Notes: generated by a model not told the origin, from the letters alone. Shown: positions 20,560 to 30,209, numbered from the stretch's first letter. The stretch is 64,000 bases of DNA from an uncultured Chloroflexia bacterium (GCA_963774265.1 CAVZDU010000001.1:704001-768000); one strand, 5' to 3'. Translations and numbers: made by a program.

Positions 20560-21440
20560 TGTCTGAATCGATCCGCGATCAACTGGAACAGGACGTCGGC
20601 AAGGCGCTGCTGCGCAATGCAATTTTCCGGGTGGAGAGTGCATTGATGGTAGGTGGCACCCTTCTGGCGACGGTATTCCTGCCAAACGTGATTCCGTGGA
20701 TCCCGTGGTTCGCCTGGCCTATCGTGGGCATCATCGGCGAGGTTGCCATCATCGTCTCCACGCTCACCGACAAGGCCGAGCAGCAGAAGGCGATCGAGGC
20801 GCTGTTCCGGGAGAAATACACCTTTTCCGGCATTCACGACCGCGCGCTCCTGTCCAAACTGAACGAGGCCGAACAGTACCGCCAGCGGATTCAGGCGCTG
20901 ATCGAGCAACATCGCGAGGGCCTGCTTCGCGATCGCATGAAAAGCACCACCGACCAGGTCTACGACTGGATTGCGAACATGGTGGCTTTGGCTCGTCGTC
21001 TGGACACGTATCGGTCCGACCGGATCCTCCGGCGGGACCTGGAGAATGTGCCGAAGGACATGGAGCGGCTCAAGGCGCGCCTTCAGATGGAGCGCGACCC
21101 ACACGTGCGCGATCAGATGAGCGAGACCCTGGAGTCGAGTCGCGAACAAGCTGCGTCGCTGAACGAACTCCGGGCGCGCATGGATCGCGCTGACCTGCAG
21201 CTTGATCACTCATTGGCTGCTTTGGGCACGGTTTACTCACAACTTCTGCTCATCGGGACGAAAGATGTCGATTCGGATCGCGCCGAGCGTCTACGTGATG
21301 ACATTCGGGGCGAAGTGCTCGCGTTGAAGGATATCGTCGATTCGCTCAACGAAGTTTACACGTCAACCTCGACAGAGCTATCTTCCGAAGAGGCCGAGGC
21401 TGCGCGCCAGCTACAGAGGACCGAACGCGCGGGTAGATAG
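20559..21440 (+). CDS. Two-TM coiled-coil membrane protein of unknown function
   Basis: Start overlaps upstream stop (TGATG); two hydrophobic helices then a long helical region. Confidence 0.7.
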   Translation: MSESIRDQLEQDVGKALLRNAIFRVESALMVGGTLLATVFLPNVIPWIPWFAWPIVGIIGEVAIIVSTLTDKAEQQKAIEALFREKYTFSGIHDRALLSKLNEAEQYRQRIQALIEQHREGLLRDRMKSTTDQVYDWIANMVALARRLDTYRSDRILRRDLENVPKDMERLKARLQMERDPHVRDQMSETLESSREQAASLNELRARMDRADLQLDHSLAALGTVYSQLLLIGTKDVDSDRAERLRDDIRGEVLALKDIVDSLNEVYTSTSTELSSEEAEAARQLQRTERAGR

Positions 21441-21449
21441 AGTGTTGGT

Positions 21450-21524
21450 AACCACCACTAAGTCTCCAGGTAACAAAGAGCACAAAGTCTTCGTGCACCT
21501 TGGTGACTAGGTGTCTTCGTGGTT
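21450..21524. repeat. Imperfect palindromic element with ~9-bp internal periodicity (AACCAC...GTGGTT)
   Basis: Left arm CAC..AAG/CAAAG units, right arm CTT(C/G)GTG units. Confidence 0.55.
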
Positions 21525-21536
21525 TGAGGAGCCTGT

Positions 21537-22682
21537 ATGAAGCATATGCGTCTTGGGATAGTTCTTCTGGTCTTGGCCATTCTCGTTTCTGCGTGTAATG
21601 GCGGGGGGGCAGTGCCGACGAAAGGCGAGGTGACTGTCTACGTGGCCGGGCCGCTCTCAGGCTTCCAGGCCAACACGGGACAGACCGTCGCTGGGGGCGT
21701 GCGCCTCATGGCTGAGCAACTGAATCGTGCCGGTGGTCTGCTGGGTTACAAGGTAATGGTTGTCGCGCTCGACGACGAGGCCGACTCGGGTGTGGCCGTG
21801 AGCGTGGCGGAGCAGATCAAAGAGGCTGTCAACCGCGGTGAGAAGGTTGTGGGTGTGATCGGTCATCCGAACTCGGGCCCAACAGCGGCCGCGATGGGTG
21901 TCTACAAGGACCTGGACCTGGTGGTCATCACACCGACCGCCTCCGAGGTTGCGCTCACGCAGCAGGGGTATCGTAATTTCTTCCGCGTTAATGCCGCGAA
22001 CGACCTTCAGGCGCAGACTGGCGCGGAGTACCTGGTCAACAAGCTAGGCGCAAAGAAGGTCGCGGTCCTGTACAACGATGATGCGTATGGCATTGACCTG
22101 GGCAGGCTCGTCGCAGAAGACTTGCGCACGCTGGGCGCCGTGGTGCCCGTGTCACTCCAGGTGAAGGTCGAGCAGAACCGATTCGGGGATGAAGTCGCCA
22201 AGGTCAAACAGGCGGGCGTCGATGCGATTTACTACGCTGGCTACGAAGTGGAGTGCCCTTACTTGCGGGCGGATTTGCGCGATGCCGGGTTGGACAAATT
22301 GACCTTCATGGCTTCGGACGGTTGCTTCCTGTCTACCACCATTGATAGCGCAGACGGCGCGGCAGAGGGTATATACGTCACCGGCTTTGCCCCCAGTCCA
22401 AAGACCTCGGTCGATCAACAGTGGGTGTCCGCCTATCAGGCTGTCGAATTTCGCAATCCAGATACCTATTCGGTCAACGGGTATAGCGCGATGCAGGTGT
22501 TGGCTGAGGGTGTGAAAAAGGCCGGCAGCCTGACCGGATCGAAGGTGGAGGCTGCGATCCGCAGCCTCGATATTAAGACCCCGCTCGGCCAGGTCCAGTT
22601 TCAGGATAACGGCGACCTGCGCAAGGCCCAGATCTACATCTTCCAGGTGAAAGACGGTCAGTTCGCGCAGGTGGCCCCTTGA
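21537..22682 (+). CDS. Branched-chain amino-acid ABC substrate-binding lipoprotein (LivK-like), no permeases adjacent
   Basis: Lipobox 'LVSAC'; 'AGPLSG', 'NRAGGLLG', 'LDDEAD', 'FFRVNA', 'DDAYG'. Confidence 0.85.
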   Translation: MKHMRLGIVLLVLAILVSACNGGGAVPTKGEVTVYVAGPLSGFQANTGQTVAGGVRLMAEQLNRAGGLLGYKVMVVALDDEADSGVAVSVAEQIKEAVNRGEKVVGVIGHPNSGPTAAAMGVYKDLDLVVITPTASEVALTQQGYRNFFRVNAANDLQAQTGAEYLVNKLGAKKVAVLYNDDAYGIDLGRLVAEDLRTLGAVVPVSLQVKVEQNRFGDEVAKVKQAGVDAIYYAGYEVECPYLRADLRDAGLDKLTFMASDGCFLSTTIDSADGAAEGIYVTGFAPSPKTSVDQQWVSAYQAVEFRNPDTYSVNGYSAMQVLAEGVKKAGSLTGSKVEAAIRSLDIKTPLGQVQFQDNGDLRKAQIYIFQVKDGQFAQVAP

Positions 22683-23980
22683 GCGAGCACAATTACACGA
22701 TCCTGGCGGTCTTTGCCCATCCCGATGATGAAATCGGCGCGGGATCAACCCTCGCCCACTACAGCGATGCAGGCGTTCGTATCGTCCTGGCCTGCGCCAC
22801 GCGCGGCGAAGCCGCGACGATTTACTGTGCAGATTGCGCATCGCCGGAGACGCTTGCTGAAGTGCGCACGCAGGAGCTAGCCTGCGCTTGCGAACACCTG
22901 GGCATCGATGATCTGCGTTGGCTGGACTGGCCCGATGGAAAGGTCAAAGACGTGCCGCGTCGGGATGCGATCGGCCAGGTCGTCGAGTTGATCCGCGATG
23001 TCCATCCTACCGTCGTTATCACGCACCCTGAAAACGGCCTCTACCCTCATCCGGACCATCTGGCGATCTGGGAGATCGTGCGCGCTGCCTTCAATGCCGC
23101 CGGAGATGAGGCGCAATATCCCGAGGCCGGCCCGGCCTGGCCGGTCGCTCGTTTGTTTGCCCGCGCAATGCCTCAAGGTTTCTTTGAGCGTTCACCGGGA
23201 CTCACCGATTTCCGCGTTGAGCTGAACGGTGAACTCCTGCCGTTTATGGGTACGCCTGACGCGGAAATCGACGTGGTGATGCATGTGGAGCCGTGGGTGT
23301 CGCGCCGCATGGCGGCCTGGGGTTGCCACCGCTCACAGCACAACCCGAAGGGGTTTTCCTCCGTCATGCCCGATGGGCTGCGCCAAGAGATGGCTGCCAA
23401 CGAGCACTTTCTGCTGGCCGCGGGCGAGCCGCTGCCGTCTGGCGTGCAAGATGATTTGTTTGCCGGTATTGAAGAAGGGGACACGTTTATGGTTCAGCGA
23501 CCATCATCCCGCGGGGACGGTTTCCAGGGGGGCAATGAGGGTGCGCCCGCAGAACCGCCAGCGGCAGAAGAGCCCGTCGTTTCCACCGAGTACGTACGGC
23601 TCTTGCTTGCCGAACTAACGCGCCACGTGACCCTGGCCGAAGTCCTTCGCATCTATCAGCACGATCCCCGCGAAACGAAACAGATCAACCTGTATCACGA
23701 GCTTGGTGCCGGCGAGCAAGAGATCCTCTACCGGTTGGCGCGCATACTGCGCCGGCTGGATGCCGGCGCAGGCAAAACCGAATCCGACGTGGCGGTTATC
23801 CGGGAGGCCCGCCGCCGCGAGCGCCCCGAGCCGCGCCGCGAGTTTCTCCTCAACCGTATGGAAGTTGCCTACGGCCGTCTGCAAGACAACGCTCGCAGCG
23901 CCACGATTGTGGACGAGCGAGAGACCTGGGAAGAACTGGCTGTGCTTGCGAGATCGGCCGTCGAGCTGTTGAAAGAGTAG
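22679..23980 (+). CDS. PIG-L/LmbE deacetylase (MshB/BshB-like) with extra C-terminal helical domain
   Basis: 'FAHPDDE', 'TRGE', 'HPDH', 'HRSQ'; linker then about 130-aa helical tail. Confidence 0.85.
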   Translation: MSEHNYTILAVFAHPDDEIGAGSTLAHYSDAGVRIVLACATRGEAATIYCADCASPETLAEVRTQELACACEHLGIDDLRWLDWPDGKVKDVPRRDAIGQVVELIRDVHPTVVITHPENGLYPHPDHLAIWEIVRAAFNAAGDEAQYPEAGPAWPVARLFARAMPQGFFERSPGLTDFRVELNGELLPFMGTPDAEIDVVMHVEPWVSRRMAAWGCHRSQHNPKGFSSVMPDGLRQEMAANEHFLLAAGEPLPSGVQDDLFAGIEEGDTFMVQRPSSRGDGFQGGNEGAPAEPPAAEEPVVSTEYVRLLLAELTRHVTLAEVLRIYQHDPRETKQINLYHELGAGEQEILYRLARILRRLDAGAGKTESDVAVIREARRRERPEPRREFLLNRMEVAYGRLQDNARSATIVDERETWEELAVLARSAVELLKE

Positions 23981-24023
23981 CAGGACCGACGAAGGCACTG
24001 CTGGTTTACCCAGCGGTGCTCTG

Positions 24024-25320
24024 TCACGGACACTGGATGACCCCTTGCGCCCACAGGCAGCCGCCGCACGCAGGCGCGGTGTTGCCCAGGCAATCCTCCA
24101 GGTTCGCCTCGGCCAGCTCGCACCCGCCGCAGAAGGTGCACGGCGCAAAGGCAAAGTCCTGGATGCGCTGGCGATAGGCCACGTATTCCGGGTCCAGCCA
24201 GAGGTCGCGCAGGCTGCGTTCGCCGCACGTTGCCCACCACATGGCGATGATTCACCCGCGGCTTGCCGTGCAGGTAGCTGATGTGGGTGTGCATCAGCGG
24301 CCAGCACGGGCTGACGTCGCCGGTCCACGCCACCGACATGGAGCCGCCCTCGATGTAGTTGCAGACGTTGCTCGCCCCGGCCCAGTTGTGGCCGGCGTAG
24401 CTGATGTTGTAGCCGGCCTGGAACGCCTCGAAAGAGCGCCGTCTCGCGTGGCATCGTCGAAGTCCATCTTGGGCAGGTTCAGGCTCGGCACGGCCGCCGA
24501 ATTGATGTAGGCCAGGTCATTCCGGGCGCGCGCGTACAGCACCTCCTCCTGCAGCTCCGGCGTGACGGGCAGGACGTTGCTGACCGAGAACTGTTTGGCG
24601 CCCAGTTCGAGCCCCAACCGCAGCACGTCGGGCAGATCGGCGATGTTGCGCTTCATGGCCACGAACGCGATGCCGAGCTCAGGCCGGGGGTGATGGCCGC
24701 CCTTGCGCATCTTGCTGAAGCGCGCCACGTTGGCGAGGACGTGCGCCAGCTCGGCGCCCAGCCGCACGTCGGCGTAGCTCTCCGGGCTCGCGCCGTCGAT
24801 GGACACCCACAGCAGATCCAACCCGGCGTCGATCAGATCGCGCGCCATCGCGCTCGTTGAGCAGCATCCCGTTGGTGATCAGCTCGGTGCGTGCGCCCAG
24901 CGCGTGCGCCCTGGCCACCCAGGCGATCGTCTGCCGGTGCGACAGCGGTTCCCCGATCCCGCCGAAGTAGACGGTGGGCAGTTCATCCAGCGCGGCCAGG
25001 CCCGTCCAGGATCGCGCAAAGGAGGCGTCGCTCATGCGACCGATCGGCTCGTCCCAGCCGTGGCGGAAGCAGGTGGCGCACTCCAGGTTGCAGGCGTTGG
25101 TCGGCTCGATGTAGAGCTTGGCCAGATGCGTCACGGGCCGGTGCAGGCGCAGGCCGTTGCGCGTCGGCTCCAGCCGCACCTGTGCGCCCGGCGCCAGGCC
25201 CAATTGGGCCGCGGCCTCCGGCGGCAGCACCAGGCGGCCTTGCTCGTCAACGTGCGCCCACGCCGTCTTTGGGGTTGGCGCGGGGGTGCCCGTGAAAAAC
25301 GCGTGGGCATCAATGGTCAT
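24024..25320 (-). CDS. Radical SAM/SPASM tungsten-cofactor oxidoreductase maturase with AbrB-like N-terminus (several frameshifts)
   Basis: 'IEPTNACNLECATC', 'GGIGEPL', 'WVSIDG', C-terminal 'CTFCGGC...DCLGNTAPACGGCLWAQGVIQCP'; next to aor. Confidence 0.85.
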
Positions 25321-25377
25321 GCTCTGCTCCTGATCGGATTCGTGGGCGCCGGCAGCGTCTCTGCAGGAGATGGCCGT

Positions 25378-25406
25378 AGTATAAGTCACAGAACGAAATG
25401 GGTCAA
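25378..25406 (-). promoter_or_regulatory. Sigma70 promoter for the radical SAM gene
   Basis: TTGACC-17 nt-TATACT. Confidence 0.6.
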
Positions 25407-25415
25407 CTCGGTCAG

Positions 25416-25454
25416 AAAAAGCAGGCGGTGGAAGGCACACCTCCCACCGCCTGC
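25416..25454 (-). terminator. Intrinsic terminator after aor
   Basis: GCAGGCGGTGGGAGG/CCTTCCACCGCCTGC stem followed by TTTTT. Confidence 0.75.
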
Positions 25455-25531
25455 AGCATGAACTAGACTCGTCCTGAGAACTCCTGATTTGCTCTGAGAG
25501 ACTCAGGGTTCTCGCTCGTTACCTCGGACTG

Positions 25532-27368
25532 CTAGATGATCTCCAGCTCCTTCAGCTTCGCCTCCGGCACCACGCCGTCCACCCAGCCGCGCAGCCGGTA
25601 GTACTCCTCCAGCATCTTGTCCAGCTCGCAGACCTGGCCCTTGGAGCCCTGCATCGTTGGAGGGCTCCTCCAGGAAGCGCTTCGGCAGGGTGTCGCTGCC
25701 TTCGCGGAAGCCGTTCAGGTTGTTGTAGTGGCGCTCCAGGTTGTAGACCCGCTCGCCCACCGTCAGCAGGTCGCCGGCGGTGCATGGCGCGCCGGTGATC
25801 GCCGCGAACTGCGCCGCAAAGCCATCCAGCGACTCGGCAGAAGGTGGAGAACTTGCACACGTCCAGGCAGTCGGTGATGGCGTGGACGTTCTGGAAGATC
25901 ATGATCAGGTTGCCCTTGCCTTCCCAGGCCAGCGGGTCAACCACCGTCGGCGGGGCCGAGCACGTTGCCGACAACCTCGGCGGCCGGCGTGTAGCCGCGC
26001 AGGTGGCACGCGCCGCGGTTCTGGTGGCGTAGCCGATGCCCATGCCCTTGATGCCGCGCGGGTCGTAGGCCGGGATGCCCTGATCCTTGCACGCCATGGC
26101 AAGCTCGGGATGGCCCAGCTTCTCCGCCGCCTTGCCGGTGCCTTCGGCCAGGATGTCGCCGATGCCCTCGCGGAACGCGATCTTGCGGGCCATCTCCACC
26201 ATGCCGTGGGTGTCGCCCCAGGCCAGGCCGTCGCCGTTGGCGTAGCCGCTTCTGGGTGTACTCCATGTACATCGCCAGCACGGTGCCGATCTCGATGGCG
26301 TCGAAGCCGTAGTCGTTGGCGCGATCGATCATGTAGGCGACCGCGGCGATGTCGTCGTTGCCGCAGATGGCGCCCACCGACCAGGCCGGCTCGTACTCGA
26401 CGCTCTCCATGTGGACCTTGAACGGCCCTTCCTTGACCTCGACCTCTTTCTTGCAGGCCACCGGGCAGGCATGGCAGGTGGGATCGTTGACCAGGATCGT
26501 GTCCTTGACGTACTCGCCGCTGAGCAGCTCGGCGCGCTCGCCGAAAGCAGGTCTCCTGGCCGTTGCGCACCGGCAGCGCGCCGATGTTGCTGGTGATGTT
26601 CATCAGCACGTTGGTGCCGTAGACCGACAGCCCGCCCTTGCGCGGCGAGGTCAGGACCCGCTCGTCCGATGAGCTGCGCCAGGGCGACCTTCTGCGCCGC
26701 CTTGAACGCCTCTTTGTCGGCCGGCCGCGGCCGGTTGGCGTGCTCGCCCTTGATCACGATCGCCTTCAGGTTCTTGCTGCCGCCCACGCAGCCGGTGCCG
26801 CCGCGGCCCGAGGAGCGATCGTTCTCGTTCATCCAGCAGGCGAACTTCACCAGGTTCTCGCCGGCCGGGCCGATGGCGATGACGCTGAGGTCCTTGGCGC
26901 CGCCGTGGCGCTCCTGCAGGATCTTGATCGTCTCATGGACGTGCTTGCCCCACAGATCGCTGGCATCGTGCAGCGTCACCTTGCCGTCCTCGACGTAGGC
27001 GTAGACCGGCTTCTCGGCCTTGCCCTTGAAGACCAGCCCGTCGAACCCGGCCCACTTGAGCCGCGCCGCCGACCAGCCGCCGTGGTGCGAGTCGGTCACG
27101 GTGCCGGTGAGCGGCGACTTGGTGCACGACGGCCATGCGGCCGCTCAGGTTCACGTCGGTGCCGGTCAGCGGCCCGTTCATGAAGCAGAGGATGTTGTCC
27201 GGCGAGAGCGGATCCACCGGCGGGCCGTTGTCGAAGACGTACTTCACTCCCAGGCCGCGCGCGCCGATGTACTTGCGCGCATCTTCGTCCGCGATCGGCT
27301 TGTACTCGATCTGGCCCTGTGGTCAGATCGATCCAAGCCACCCGATTGGTATAACCACCAAGTTCCAT
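25532..27368 (-). CDS. aor: Tungsten-containing aldehyde:ferredoxin oxidoreductase (multiple frameshifts)
   Basis: 'DPLSPDN..GPLTG', 'DSHHGG', 'IGPAGENLV', 'GRGG.G.V.GSKNLKAI', 'EYE', 'DYGFDAI', 'IAFREGIGDILAEG', 'AYDPR', 'DTLPKRF'. Confidence 0.9.
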
Positions 27369-27439
27369 TGATCCACCTCCTCGTGTGTGTGGGTGTAGTG
27401 AAGGGCTGGTTCTCAGTCGAAGCCCTGGCAGAAGGTAAC

Positions 27440-27485
27440 AAAAAGCCGGGGGGCGCTATGTAAAGCTGTCATAGCGTCCCCCGGC
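27440..27485 (-). terminator. Intrinsic terminator inside the aor 5' leader
   Basis: GCCGGGGGACGCTATG-loop-CATAGCGCCCCCCGGC followed by TTTTT, about 70 nt upstream of the aor start. Confidence 0.8.
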
Positions 27486-27568
27486 GCTTTCAACGACCTG
27501 AGGATCAAATTGGATTTGCATCCCCGGGCCCCGCTCGCTCAAAGGCAGGAGTAGGTCTCGGAGTTTCA
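27486..27568 (-). ncRNA. Candidate Moco/Wco (molybdenum/tungsten cofactor) riboswitch aptamer
   Basis: Begins ACTCCGAG; ACCT/AGGT helix; ends CGTTGAAAG directly before the leader terminator; upstream of a W-enzyme. Confidence 0.45.
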
Positions 27569-27682
27569 TCTTTGAAAATTCGCAGAACGCTCAAAAGCGT
27601 AGAGTATCTTACACTTTGCATCTTACACCGCTCTTGCCCGTCGCGCAAATTCCATCAGACAGCCACTGCCCCACATGGCCGA

Positions 27683-28042
27683 TCAAAGACCCTGGAAATG
27701 ATGCTGAAACTCGTCGCCGACCGCGGCTTCCACGGCGATCGCAAACGCGTTGAAGCGCGCAATGAGGTTGCGTCCAACAGGGGTAACAGTTGCTCCCCCG
27801 CCGCCTGCGCCGCCGACGTGTCGCTCCACCAGGCGCATGCCCAATCCCTCTTCCATCTCTTCGAGTCGTTCCCATGCGAGGCGATACTGCACTCCCATTC
27901 GTTCGGCTGCAGCGCTGATCGATCCGGTTGCCTCAACCGCTTCCAATAGCTGCACTCGCCAGTGGCTGAGCGCAACGCGGCCGCCACGCTCGATCCATAA
28001 ATTGACATGTGGGGCAAGATCGACAGGTATCTCTATGTTCAC
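27683..28042 (-). CDS. ModE-family winged-helix regulator (N-terminal domain only)
   Basis: 'LLEAVEATGSISAAAERMGVQYRLAW', 'LVERHVGGAGGGGATVTP.G'; GTG start with GAGG RBS. Confidence 0.85.
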   Translation of the reverse strand: MNIEIPVDLAPHVNLWIERGGRVALSHWRVQLLEAVEATGSISAAAERMGVQYRLAWERLEEMEEGLGMRLVERHVGGAGGGGATVTPVGRNLIARFNAFAIAVEAAVGDEFQHHFQGL

Positions 28043-28224
28043 AGCGGGCACCTCACAAATTTGAAATCGTTGACGCAGTTGTAACGCCATGCTACAATTT
28101 TCGCAACTCGCTCGACCGTTGGTTGCATCTCTGTTAAATAGTTCCGCTGTCATTGTGTAACCCACCGGATGGATATCGTATCTAATCGGAAGGTGTACTT
28201 ATATCAAGAGGAGGAACTCGGGAC

Positions 28225-28866
28225 ATGGCGTTATTGAACGCGCAGATCCGCAAGGATGTGCAACAGGCGCTTGCCGATGTGAAGACCCCGGTGGTTTTCA
28301 AAGTCTTCACCCAGGAGATCGAGTGCCAGTACTGCAAGGAGACCCGTGAACTGGTGGAGGAAGTTGCTTCGCTGTCCGACAAGCTCTCCATCGAGGTCTA
28401 CGATCTGGTCAAGGATCAGGCCATCGCGGAAGAACTCGGCGTCGACAAGGTTCCGGCCGTTGCAGTCATTGGCAAGAAGGACTACGGGATCCGCATGTTC
28501 GGCGTCCCATCGGGCTATGAGTTTGGCAGCCTGATCGAGAGCATCAAGCTCGTCTCTGAAGGCGAGTCGGGTCTCTCACCCGAAACCAAGAAGCAGGTAG
28601 CCAAGCTAACCAAGCCGGTGAAGATCCAGGTCTTCATCACCCCTACCTGACCCTACTGCCCGCGAGCCGTGTTGCTCGCGTACCAGCTGGCCATGGAGAG
28701 CGACCTCATTCAGGCGCATATGGTCGAGGTCATCGAGTTCCCCTTCCTTGGCAACAAGTATGATGTCATGGGCGTTCCCCGCACCGTGATCGATGAAACC
28801 ATCCACATCGAGGGTGCAGTGCCCGAACCGATGTTGATGCATGAGTTCGAGAAGCTGTTGAAGTAG
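28225..28866 (+). CDS. Protein-disulfide oxidoreductase (AhpF-NTD/GlrX-arch-like) selenoprotein, Sec at TGA 28648-28650
   Basis: First 'CQYC'; second site 'FITPT-TGA-PYC' continues in frame to 'VMGVPRTVI...EGAVPE'; SECIS-like hairpin follows. Confidence 0.88.
28661..28680 (+). promoter_or_regulatory. Putative bacterial SECIS element
   Basis: CGCGAGC-cgtgtt-GCTCGCG perfect stem 10 nt after the in-frame UGA, with G in the loop. Confidence 0.7.
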
Positions 28867-29039
28867 ATTTTTGAGGCCGCGCCAGCCTGTCGACAGGCCG
28901 GCGCGGCCTTGCTTGGCAGGTATTGTAAGCAAGTTTCTTGACGCGTTCTATCGCCCTGCTCTATATTTGTACAATCAACTGACGAGATTCGCCCCACGCA
29001 AGACGACGTGGCGCAAGCATAACCAGTAGGAGGGGCACT

Positions 29040-30209
29040 GTGACTACGACAGCAGAGGCGACGAAGCCCGCAGCCACCAAGGGCGGCGGGCTCGCCGGCA
29101 TGGTGGTGGCTGACAGCAGCATTGGTTTCGTGGACGGCACGAACGGCATCCTCGAGTATCGTGGTTACGATATCCGGGTGTTGGCCGAGCACAGTACATT
29201 CGATGAAGTCGCTTATCTGCTGTGGAACGGCCATCTGCCTACAGCCCAGGAATTGGATGAGATGAAGCGGCAAGAACGCGCCTGCCGGTTCATGCCGCCC
29301 GAGATATTCATGGCTCTACGCAACATGCCGCGTAATGCAGATCCCATGGCCGTCATGCGCACCGCGACTTCCATGCTCGCCCACTACGATCCGGAATCCG
29401 AGGACAACGCGGCCGTAGCGCATCAGCACAAGGCGTGTCGTCTGTTGGGTCAGATTTCAGGTGTGCTGGCGGCTTACGAGCGCATGCGTCGCGGTGAAGA
29501 CCCAGTCAAACCGCGTATGGATCTGGATCATGCCGCCAATTTTCTTTGGATGTTGACGGGAGAGGATCCCGATCCGCAGGCAGCGAAGGCGCTAGACCAG
29601 TATCTGTTACTTCTGGCCGAACACGAACTTAACGCGTCGACCTTCACAGCTCGTGTCATTGCTTCGACCGGGTCCGATCTGCATTCGGCCATCACCGGCG
29701 CGATGGGCGCCCTTAAGGGTCCCGCACACGGTGCAGCAGTGCAGGAGGCGATGGAGCAGTTCCTTGAAGTGGGCACGCTGGAGAATGTCGAACCATGGTT
29801 CGAGAGCTTGCAGGGCACCGGTCGTCGCGTCATGGGCATCGGGCATCGCGTCTATAAAGTGCGTGATCCCCGTGCCGAGCCGTTGATGAAGAACGTGCTT
29901 GCCATGGTTGAGGCAACAGGCGAGCGTCAGTGGTTTGATATCGCACACAAGCTGGAAGCGTTGGCAATGGAAGACGAATACTTTCGCTCCCGCAACCTCA
30001 GTGCCAACGTCGACTTTTACTCTGCGCCGCTGCTCTACTCCATCGGAATTCCGGTGGATGCATTCACCTGCATGTTTGCGATGAGTCGTATTGTGGGCTG
30101 GACTGCGCACGTCTACGAGCAACAGGCCAACAACCGCCTGATCCGCCCGCTCTCGAATTGGGTTGGCGAGCACCAGCTCCCGTGGATCCCTATCGGGCAG
30201 CGCGGCTAA
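29040..30209 (+). CDS. Citrate (or 2-methylcitrate) synthase
   Basis: 'LEYRGY', 'EHELNASTF', 'LKGPAHG', 'MGIGHRVYK..DPR', 'NVDFYS', 'NRLIRP'. Confidence 0.92.
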   Translation: MTTTAEATKPAATKGGGLAGMVVADSSIGFVDGTNGILEYRGYDIRVLAEHSTFDEVAYLLWNGHLPTAQELDEMKRQERACRFMPPEIFMALRNMPRNADPMAVMRTATSMLAHYDPESEDNAAVAHQHKACRLLGQISGVLAAYERMRRGEDPVKPRMDLDHAANFLWMLTGEDPDPQAAKALDQYLLLLAEHELNASTFTARVIASTGSDLHSAITGAMGALKGPAHGAAVQEAMEQFLEVGTLENVEPWFESLQGTGRRVMGIGHRVYKVRDPRAEPLMKNVLAMVEATGERQWFDIAHKLEALAMEDEYFRSRNLSANVDFYSAPLLYSIGIPVDAFTCMFAMSRIVGWTAHVYEQQANNRLIRPLSNWVGEHQLPWIPIGQRG

